IMG/VR virus record: IMGVR_UViG_3300023192_000822 | Location: 1 to 6,015 of that record | Reading direction: 5' to 3' (one strand) | Length of the DNA: 6,015 bases | In this document: positions 1 through 5,857 of the stretch, one piece after another | How the letters are laid out: each line of letters opens with the position of its first letter | Numbering within the stretch: position 1 is the stretch's first letter | The notes under the pieces: model-generated | Told to the model about the DNA's origin: nothing | The model's database searches: none | Seen by the model: the letters and a program-made list of their open reading frames with translations, nothing else | Made by a program: the position numbers and the translations under genes

Positions 1-555
1 AGAGTTCCCAAATATACTAGGAGCATTCTGCATCAGGTATGCTTTCTGGTCAATGATTTCACGTAGATATGTTAGGTTACCTGGACTTGGGAAAGGGTCA
101 TGAAGTAAAGAACATCCACAAACCCATACAGGATCAGTTACTTGTAGGTCTTTTATTTCTTCCCTAGGAATAATACTAGCTACATTCCTCATAGGTCTAG
201 TATTATTTAATTGTACCGCAGCTATATCATGATGCTTATCATAAGCAATAATTTGTGCGGTAGTGGAGTTAGCTGATACTACTTTGCTTCTATCGTAATC
301 AAAGACTTCAATACGAACTTCTTCTAGTACATCAGTCTTTACATCTTTCTTAAGAATGTTGTCCCATTGTTCAGATACTTTAATAGCCCCATCAATGACA
401 TGTTGACAGGTAAGTGCAATATTAATAAAGCTTCCTGCTTTATCCGGGTCTTCTTTACTATATACTAATACACCGCTTCCACCAGCTTGTCCAGCCAAAA
501 CTTTAGTTACCGGATACAAAACCTTTTCATGAATTTCTACTTGTGATAAACTCAT
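1..555 (-). CDS. Trypsin-like (S1/HtrA-type) serine protease, 3' end runs off the window
   Basis: Hand translation from ATG 555 (not in ORF track): MSLSQVEIHEKVLYPVTKVLAGQAGGSGVLVY...IALTCQHVIDG...YDKHHDIAAVQLN...VWVCG...MQNAPSIFGNS. It has the GSG motif, His motif (LTCQHV), Asp motif (DIAAV) and Ser motif (GNS, cut at base 1). SD AGGAGG at 563-568. Open for 185 codons. Confidence 0.9.
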   Translation of the reverse strand, partial: MSLSQVEIHEKVLYPVTKVLAGQAGGSGVLVYSKEDPDKAGSFINIALTCQHVIDGAIKVSEQWDNILKKDVKTDVLEEVRIEVFDYDRSKVVSANSTTAQIIAYDKHHDIAAVQLNNTRPMRNVASIIPREEIKDLQVTDPVWVCGCSLLHDPFPSPGNLTYLREIIDQKAYLMQNAPSIFGNS

Positions 556-571
556 ACTTATCCCTCCTGAA

Positions 572-754
572 CTACTTTAAGGTTCGTACTATATCGGAAA
601 TATTATCCAACTCTTTGTTTAAAGCAATGGATATTACATTAATATTATACTCCAAAATTTGTAATTTGTCTATCATTTTATCAATCTTGTCTTCAATCTC
701 ATTAATTCTACTGGTATATTCTGCATTAGACGTAATTAAATACGACATTACCAT
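572..754 (-). CDS. Small coiled-coil hypothetical protein (start may be ATG 748, a TAATG overlap with the upstream stop)
   Basis: ORF track. Heptad pattern INEIEDKIDKMIDKLQILE. It overlaps the upstream stop and ends just before the SD of the protease gene. Confidence 0.65.
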   Translation of the reverse strand: MVMSYLITSNAEYTSRINEIEDKIDKMIDKLQILEYNINVISIALNKELDNISDIVRTLK

Positions 755-1050
755 AACTTTTCTGCTTCCTCAATTGACTTCCTTACATACGTACCTAGCA
801 TAAAAGCACATTGCATTAGACTTCTTACTTCTGCAACTGACCACGTACCTATAGGCTGACTATTAGTGATGCACAGATGCCCTTGTGGTAAAGAACAAAA
901 GAGCATATACAAAGCTGGGTCTACTCCAGGGGTTTTCAATAAACGTTCCCCTTCTGAATAAGAAGGATCCTTCATAGACCCTTCTAATAATTCAGACCCT
1001 AGAGTAGCCCACTCAGGCATTGATGAGTTATTTTCCTTATCCGTATTCAT
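748..1050 (-). CDS. Hypothetical protein, 100 aa (MNTDKENNSS...)
   Basis: The ORF track starts at TTG 1092. ATG 1050 is preferred because it forms an ATGA overlap with the stop of the 24-aa ORF, and the 1092 start would lie inside that ORF. Confidence 0.7.
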   Translation of the reverse strand: MNTDKENNSSMPEWATLGSELLEGSMKDPSYSEGERLLKTPGVDPALYMLFCSLPQGHLCITNSQPIGTWSVAEVRSLMQCAFMLGTYVRKSIEEAEKLW

Positions 1051-1121
1051 ACTATAATAGACGCTAACACTCCAAACACAATTAAGATCCAAAGAGCTTT
1101 CGCAGGGTCGTTGATTTCCAT
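1047..1121 (-). CDS. 24-aa single-pass membrane peptide MEINDPAKALWILIVFGVLASIIV
   Basis: Hand-read. Strong SD GGAGGTGA (1124-1131) directly before the ATG, a promoter just upstream, a hydrophobic C-terminal stretch, and an ATGA overlap with the next gene. Confidence 0.7.
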   Translation of the reverse strand: MEINDPAKALWILIVFGVLASIIV

Positions 1122-1148
1122 GGTCACCTCCGCAAATTTAATGTCATC

Positions 1149-1177
1149 ATCTTAGCGCACTTGGCGAGATGAGTCAA
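1149..1177 (-). promoter_or_regulatory. Sigma70-type promoter TTGACT-17 nt-TAAGAT
   Basis: -35 at 1172-1177 and -10 at 1149-1154 with a 17-nt spacer. It is intergenic and followed by an SD and ATG. Confidence 0.7.
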
Positions 1178-1182
1178 GTGGT

Positions 1183-1257
1183 TGGGGGCATCATTTTCAG
1201 ATGCCCCCATAGGTGAGAATGGATCACCTCCTTACTCCCCAGACTCTGCGGGGGAGT
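1183..1257. other. Three adjacent inverted repeats (structured RNA/terminator-like element) containing a perfect extended SD / anti-SD
   Basis: Stems: TGGGGGCATC/GATGCCCCCA (1183-1209), AGGTGA/TCACCT (1211-1229), ACTCCCC/GGGGAGT (1234-1257). TGGATCACCTCCTTA at 1220-1234. Confidence 0.65.
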
Positions 1258-1259
1258 TC

Positions 1260-1487
1260 TTAATTCATATTAAAGCGTTGCACAACTACTTCATAAGGTA
1301 AAGTATTTACCACCGTGGGGCCGTGTTCCAATTCTAATTGTCTCCATACTAGCTGTAATAAAACCTGATTAAATATGGGGCCAATCTTTTCCGTCACTAT
1401 AGTATAGGCTTGCATAGGGTCATTAGGAAAAAATGGTCTAACGGCTTCTAATATATCTTTATATTTTTCTTCGTTATTATTAATCAT
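1260..1487 (-). CDS. Hypothetical protein, 75 aa
   Basis: ORF track. TAATG coupling with the upstream peptidase gene; ends immediately before the hairpin cluster. Confidence 0.7.
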   Translation of the reverse strand: MINNNEEKYKDILEAVRPFFPNDPMQAYTIVTEKIGPIFNQVLLQLVWRQLELEHGPTVVNTLPYEVVVQRFNMN

Positions 1488-1954
1488 TAAAGTATAATTA
1501 AACCATCCTTACAAGTATATAGACCTGTTCCTATTCTACTAGTCACAAACTTGTCTGATTGCGGTTCAAATAATTCTGCTGTGCCATCGGCAAAGATGAC
1601 ACAATTATAAGCGTGTCCACCCGAATAGTCAATGACCAAGCCCACATTGTTTAAGTGAAATTTCCTATCCATCCTAGCTTTAAAGCTAAAGGCAAAATTA
1701 TCACAGTCATACTTTTCTGCTACGTACTTCTTCTTATCCGTCCAATCCCAATTAATAATAGCTTCAAAATCTAATCTACCACATGCCCAATACTTAGAAT
1801 CTAAGTGTTTACGTTTCATTCCCGCATTAATTATTTGCTTAGTTATTAAAGCATTATAAATAGTATTAGCACTTAGTTCAGTATAACCTTCTGCTAAAAT
1901 AGGTGGGGTTAATTTATTGGACAACTCTATAAGTTTATTGGCTATGACTCCCAT
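1487..1954 (-). CDS. Papain/transglutaminase-like cysteine peptidase, MOA lectin C-terminal (Agglutinin_C)-like family
   Basis: Motifs YxxEKYDCDNFA (Cys), GHAYN (His) and FEPQ (Glu) match the Cys-His-Glu triad layout of the Marasmius oreades agglutinin C-terminal protease domain and its prokaryotic/phage homologs. Confidence 0.8.
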   Translation of the reverse strand: MGVIANKLIELSNKLTPPILAEGYTELSANTIYNALITKQIINAGMKRKHLDSKYWACGRLDFEAIINWDWTDKKKYVAEKYDCDNFAFSFKARMDRKFHLNNVGLVIDYSGGHAYNCVIFADGTAELFEPQSDKFVTSRIGTGLYTCKDGLIIL

Positions 1955-2142
1955 TTTTTAATAACCTCTTCTAAGTCATCTAATGCTTTCATAGCATCAT
2001 TTTGGTCTTTCTCTAAATCATCAATCTTAGACTTTAGAATTACAATTTCATTGACCGTAGCAGAATAATCTACTTGGGTAGTTTCCATCTTAAGAAAAAT
2101 AGTTTTAAGCCGTGTAATTAAATCTAGCAAGCGTTCAAGCAT
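1942..2142 (-). CDS. Coiled-coil hypothetical protein, 66 aa (MLERLLDL...)
   Basis: The ORF track starts at 2184. ATG 2142 is preferred because it overlaps the end of the Cys-rich gene and is preceded by purine-rich AAGGATGGGA. Strong heptad periodicity. Confidence 0.65.
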   Translation of the reverse strand: MLERLLDLITRLKTIFLKMETTQVDYSATVNEIVILKSKIDDLEKDQNDAMKALDDLEEVIKKWES

Positions 2143-2329
2143 GTTTATTCCCATCCTTACAACTACAGTTGCCTCCACAAGCACAAACTAAAGACATATC
2201 AGCAGCCCACAGATCAACTAACTCCTTATCACAATCACAATCTTCACATTTACAAGTGCAATCCTCTTCACATTCACAGGTACCCTTTAAAGCATAGGCA
2301 TTAATGCCACAATAACATTCAGTAACCAT
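2135..2329 (-). CDS. Metallothionein-like Cys-rich peptide, 64 aa
   Basis: 13 Cys of 64 residues, mostly in CxC motifs (CYC, CEC, CTCKC, CDC, CACGGNCSC). SD AGGAGA upstream. Confidence 0.65.
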   Translation of the reverse strand: MVTECYCGINAYALKGTCECEEDCTCKCEDCDCDKELVDLWAADMSLVCACGGNCSCKDGNKHA

Positions 2330-2344
2330 TTAAATATCTCCTAC

Positions 2345-2479
2345 TTATGACCTAAATTTTCCCCCAGTAGTAATAGTCTTACCTTGTTTATGACATGGGC
2401 CACACATTGTTCCCGCTTTAGTAGTCTTAGCGTGTTGTTTTCTATTACAACCAGGACATCTTACCCAACTCTTTTTCAT
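2345..2479 (-). CDS. 44-aa basic zinc-ribbon peptide (CPGC...CGPC)
   Basis: Hand-read MKKSWVRCPGCNRKQHAKTTKAGTMCGPCHKQGKTITTGGKFRS. ATGA overlap with the upstream gene; fills the gap exactly. Not in ORF track. Confidence 0.7.
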   Translation of the reverse strand: MKKSWVRCPGCNRKQHAKTTKAGTMCGPCHKQGKTITTGGKFRS

Positions 2480-2631
2480 TTATCAGACTCCAAAATTTTC
2501 ATTCCCAATGCCCCTAATAAAGTAATACACCCCGTAGTAATTTCAATATGCCCTAAATCCAGAGACAATATCGCTATAGCTCCTAACATTAGAATGCTTA
2601 TCAAAATTTGGGGGCGTAAGTATTTCATCAT
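2476..2631 (-). CDS. 51-aa two-helix membrane protein, holin-like topology
   Basis: Hand-read MMKYLRPQILISILMLGAIAILSLDLGHIEITTGCITLLGALGMKILESDK. SD AGGAGA overlaps the upstream TAG. Two hydrophobic segments with charged termini. Not in ORF track. Confidence 0.7.
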   Translation of the reverse strand: MMKYLRPQILISILMLGAIAILSLDLGHIEITTGCITLLGALGMKILESDK

Positions 2632-2637
2632 TCTCTC

Positions 2638-2829
2638 CTAGGATTTGAGACGGTAGGTATGTGCAGTCTCATCTATTACATACTCATAGCAAGATGGGGG
2701 TGGACACCCATTGTTTTCCAGGTATATATAATATTCCCTAGAATGTCCTCTGTTCGATAAATTAACTTTCCCAATCAATGACATTAAAGTTCCAATAGAC
2801 GTACCAATACTATTATATATACCCATCAT
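2638..2829 (-). CDS. Hypothetical protein (~63 aa; start uncertain, track uses TTG 2853)
   Basis: First gene after the promoter at 2870-2897. SD-like AAGGAG at 2844-2849 is 14 nt from ATG 2829. Its stop overlaps the next SD. Confidence 0.5.
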   Translation of the reverse strand: MMGIYNSIGTSIGTLMSLIGKVNLSNRGHSREYYIYLENNGCPPPSCYEYVIDETAHTYRLKS

Positions 2830-2869
2830 TACTATTACACATACTCCTTCCAAATGGCGATTTCATTTT

Positions 2870-2897
2870 ATTATACACCGATTTAGAAGAAAGTCAA
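2870..2897 (-). promoter_or_regulatory. Sigma70-type promoter TTGACT-16 nt-TATAAT with AT-rich upstream tract
   Basis: -35 at 2892-2897, consensus -10 at 2870-2875, and an AT-rich possible UP element at 2900-2929. It has the same ACTTGACT -35 context as the 1149-1177 promoter. Confidence 0.7.
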
Positions 2898-2929
2898 GTT
2901 CAATATGGAAAGAATATTATATATTATGA

Positions 2930-4429
2930 TTATAGATAGAACTCATTATCACGAAACCATTTGGAAAAAGATTTACGTATTGGAAAAGATACATCTATTT
3001 CCGTAGAGTACCAAGGATGCATATTTGTTTGAAGGTCTTTGTGTGCCTTAGCAGCTAACGAAGTATCGTAAGTAGGGGCATCAGCATCTAATTTCGTTCC
3101 CAGATGTGAGCCAGCTTCATTCACTACCCAAGGGGGTTTCATATGAATAGGGATACCGAAATCATCTGTCTCAGTTTCTATGACAGGGGTATACCTCATG
3201 GCTTCCTGTGGCTGTTCCGAAGGAAATCCATACTCCCGTAGTAATTGGTGATGTTCTGCTTGCCTTCCCCCAGTATTTAATAGGGTAGCAAAGGTAGCAG
3301 CCATATCTTTTGACGATGAAGGTTTACCTTGTTTCTCTACCCATGACAAGAAAGACCCAGTAAAATCAATTGACCCATCTGCTTTTTCCATTAACATAGT
3401 AAATTCCCTTCCTTCATCAATAGTTGGAGATTCATCCAGTGGCGCAAAAACTTTACAGTACATGTGGTCTTCAATCATGCCTTCAATTATATCACAGGTT
3501 TGTTCCTGCTTATTAAAGAACTTACAGGTACCACACATAATACCATTTTGCATTTCCACATCAGTAGCATTTCGATAGCCTGCGTCTGGCTGAGTAATTT
3601 TACCTTCTTCTTTCTGAAGAAAGCAACTACCATTACATTCCTGTTTCTCCATCAGACAGCTACCATCAATACAAGTAGACACAGCATCATGAGCTTTCAA
3701 TATATCAAAGACAGCACTTTGATTTACACCCTTTTCACAAACTGTAACTTCTGCAAGTTCCATTTCATCTACTTGCATATAGGGTTGTAAACCTTTCTGC
3801 ATATTTTGAGTTTTGGTTGCGCTTCCCGCAATAGAATAACTCTTTAGCTTACCCTCATTAACTTGATCCATAACCCGCTGTGCAATTTTTGTATCGTCCC
3901 TCAATTCCGTAATGAAGAAAAGTCCATTCTCACCTACACCAGATTTAAAAATCTGCCCACCTTTAGAAATATAGGCGGGTAATGCCCAACCAACTTGAAC
4001 ATCAGAGTGTAGTACCATTGTATTTCTAGTACGAAAATTCCCCATATACTTCTTGAAAGCTTTTTCTAGGGCTTGTGTAGTAATTAAATGGCCCTCTCTA
4101 TCAATTAATTCTACAGATGCGGGGCCACCTAAGATCATAGGCTCTCCCTCACTAAGTTTAGAGACAGCTTTAGAATAAGTTAGGTCATCTGGATACGCCC
4201 TAGCTAGAGTTATAGTTTCTGCCTTAGATGCTATTCCCGCTTTAAGCAAACGTTTATATTCATCAAGGGCATCAGAAATATCTTCTAAAGAAACCTTACC
4301 ACCATCTTGCTTTTCAATGGGCAGTATGGTAGCATCAATACCAACTGTTTGATACATCTCATTATTAGCAGCCCAGTTAGAGGGACTTGGAATATTTCCT
4401 ACTACAGTTTTAATAGCAGAGATTGTCAT
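2930..4429 (-). CDS. Multidomain HK97/XkdF-type prohead (capsid maturation) serine protease fused to Cys repeats, a HiPIP-like domain and an unknown C-terminal domain
   Basis: aa ~98-246: GGPASVELIDREGHLIT, MVLH141SDVQVG, GKLKSYS199IAG, ELAE227VTVCEKGVNQSAVFDILK are typical prohead protease motifs. aa 277-328: C299-x2-C302-x9-C312-x12-C325. Confidence 0.85.
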   Translation of the reverse strand: MTISAIKTVVGNIPSPSNWAANNEMYQTVGIDATILPIEKQDGGKVSLEDISDALDEYKRLLKAGIASKAETITLARAYPDDLTYSKAVSKLSEGEPMILGGPASVELIDREGHLITTQALEKAFKKYMGNFRTRNTMVLHSDVQVGWALPAYISKGGQIFKSGVGENGLFFITELRDDTKIAQRVMDQVNEGKLKSYSIAGSATKTQNMQKGLQPYMQVDEMELAEVTVCEKGVNQSAVFDILKAHDAVSTCIDGSCLMEKQECNGSCFLQKEEGKITQPDAGYRNATDVEMQNGIMCGTCKFFNKQEQTCDIIEGMIEDHMYCKVFAPLDESPTIDEGREFTMLMEKADGSIDFTGSFLSWVEKQGKPSSSKDMAATFATLLNTGGRQAEHHQLLREYGFPSEQPQEAMRYTPVIETETDDFGIPIHMKPPWVVNEAGSHLGTKLDADAPTYDTSLAAKAHKDLQTNMHPWYSTEIDVSFPIRKSFSKWFRDNEFYL

Positions 4430-5352
4430 TAACTATGGACTCCCCAGATGACCCCGCTAACCGTAGGAGTTCCAGACGCAGATACTACTGAGACATTATC
4501 CCTAAAGTCTACGGGGAAATTAGATTCATATGTTGCTCCCGCTAATACAGGTATTCCCGTACTAGAAGACGCAATTACATCAAAAGCTACATACACAATT
4601 TCAGCACTGGTACCTGATTCATTCTTAATCTGTATGCCACGAATAACCGACATGGCAGGACGCTTTCTAGAAGTAGAAGCATTGGCAGTTCCTGACCATT
4701 CGTAATTCAAGCCAGACGCTCCATCAACATAAGTAGACACAGCATTAGTATCTTCCCGTACTTCAAACATAATCTTATCAGTATACCAGTCAATGTTATG
4801 GTTAGCAGCACTAACAACATAAACTCTATACGCTGCTGCTGCGGTACTCCCTACTACTGAATAAGAAGCCGTAATACGTGCAAAGCTAGTAGTTAAGTTA
4901 GTATCGGCAGAGGTAGCCAATTCAGTTCCCGAAGCATCAGTAATCTGTATCTTAACACTTCCTGACGCAGAGGCTCCCCGAACTTCACATTGAGCCGTTA
5001 TGTGTTGAGGATTTACTGTAAAACCAATATTAGGAGACACCCAATAAAAACCCTCACCAGCAGCCGAATTCCCTGGATTGGTGAGGAGGGACGCTGTACC
5101 AACAGACTGTTGGGCAGTACTTCTAGATATAGCTGACCCAGTAGCCGTAAACATTGTAATATCAGCAGCCTCTATTCTAGGGTTCGTAACCCAGTTAACT
5201 GCAATCTCACCCCTATCAATTGCTAATAGGTTTGCCGCTGTCGTAGAGGTTGCCGTTCTAAAGGGGGAATATTTTGTGTACGGATGAACGGATTGACGAG
5301 TAGATGAATCTACTTCCCAGCCCCGTGCATCATTATGTCGTTCATTAGCCAT
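4429..5352 (-). CDS. Virion structural/decoration protein with a carbohydrate-binding-like (CBM4/9-type) beta-sandwich
   Basis: Ala/Ser/Thr/Val-rich. NWVTNPRIE...YVDG...WSGTANASTS resembles the CBM-like modules of phage tail/structural proteins. Lies downstream of the capsid gene; SD AGGAG. Confidence 0.65.
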   Translation of the reverse strand: MANERHNDARGWEVDSSTRQSVHPYTKYSPFRTATSTTAANLLAIDRGEIAVNWVTNPRIEAADITMFTATGSAISRSTAQQSVGTASLLTNPGNSAAGEGFYWVSPNIGFTVNPQHITAQCEVRGASASGSVKIQITDASGTELATSADTNLTTSFARITASYSVVGSTAAAAYRVYVVSAANHNIDWYTDKIMFEVREDTNAVSTYVDGASGLNYEWSGTANASTSRKRPAMSVIRGIQIKNESGTSAEIVYVAFDVIASSSTGIPVLAGATYESNFPVDFRDNVSVVSASGTPTVSGVIWGVHS

Positions 5353-5379
5353 GCAAGACTCCTAATGTTAGTTTGGGGA

Positions 5380-5667
5380 TTATTTAGAATACCAATTTAA
5401 AATGCCAACTACCGCAGCTAGGACAACTCCCGCATGGGCAAACATTACAAATACCATCATAGTTAGAGTTTTAGCACCGTAAAATTTAGTACGCCAATGT
5501 TTTAATTCATCTAAATCATAATTAATTCTTGCTAACCCTGCTACTAAAGTTCTATTCAATTCTGTGGAAGTATCTATATAAGTATCTAAACGTTCCATAT
5601 AAACTGCAACTTTGACTTCTAGCTCATCGTCATCCAACGGTTTCATCCGATTTTTCATCTGAGTCAT
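5380..5667 (-). CDS. Coiled-coil protein with C-terminal membrane anchor (XhlA/holin-like architecture)
   Basis: ORF track. Amphipathic N-terminal helix (VAVYMERLD...) followed by a ~25-aa hydrophobic tail. Exact start Met uncertain. Confidence 0.65.
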   Translation of the reverse strand: MTQMKNRMKPLDDDELEVKVAVYMERLDTYIDTSTELNRTLVAGLARINYDLDELKHWRTKFYGAKTLTMMVFVMFAHAGVVLAAVVGILNWYSK

Positions 5668-5803
5668 GTTGCACTTTCCTCAATACGATAATAGGATTGT
5701 TCGTTCCAAACTTAGGGAGAGGAGATTTTCTATAGTGATCTATAGGATTTCCGTTATCATCATAACGGATTAAAGTAGGATACTTAGGACGATTTATTCT
5801 CAT
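5630..5803 (-). CDS. Hypothetical 57-aa protein (MRINRPKYPTLIRYDDNGNPI...)
   Basis: Hand-read. SD GGAGGG directly upstream; fills the gap after the capsid hairpin. Below the track cutoff. Confidence 0.55.
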   Translation of the reverse strand: MRINRPKYPTLIRYDDNGNPIDHYRKSPLPKFGTNNPIIVLRKVQHDSDEKSDETVG

Positions 5804-5823
5804 CTTCCCTCCGTATAGATAGA

Positions 5824-5847
5824 GGGGGTGGGTATTATCCCACCCCC
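5824..5847 (-). terminator. GC-rich hairpin after the capsid gene (terminator/mRNA stabiliser)
   Basis: GGGGGTGGG-TATTAT-CCCACCCCC, a 9-bp stem 10 nt past the stop. Only a weak U tract (TCTATCTAT) follows on the minus strand. Confidence 0.55.
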
Positions 5848-5857
5848 CCAGGAAAAT

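Noticed and set aside
543-803. + strand 86-aa ORF
   Set aside because: Antisense shadow of coupled minus-strand genes; no recognisable motifs.
1220-1234. 16S rRNA gene fragment
   Set aside because: The match is limited to the terminal 15 nt; the flanking sequence has no helix 44/45 similarity, so it is not an rRNA gene.
1163-1240. tRNA-like 5' start GGCGAGATGAGTCAAGTGGTT
   Set aside because: No T-arm (GTTCRA), no anticodon arm and no acceptor-stem partner; better explained as the reverse strand of a promoter.
2384-2641. + strand 85-aa ORF
   Set aside because: Overlaps two better-supported minus-strand small genes with SD and ATGA coupling.
2813-2866. 17-aa minus-strand ORF MKSPFGRSMCNSNDGYI
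   Set aside because: The ATG is only 3 nt from the -10 box, so it probably lies upstream of the transcription start, and it has no SD.
3464-3790. + strand 108-aa ORF
   Set aside because: Antisense to the motif-bearing protease/HiPIP-like region.
4448-5287. + strand ORFs 4448-4705 and 5078-5287
   Set aside because: Antisense shadows of the 307-aa structural gene.
5690-5790. Recurring TAGGA(TT) motifs, possible repeat array or CRISPR
   Set aside because: Short and irregularly spaced; explained by NPI/xP codons in the 57-aa minus-strand ORF.
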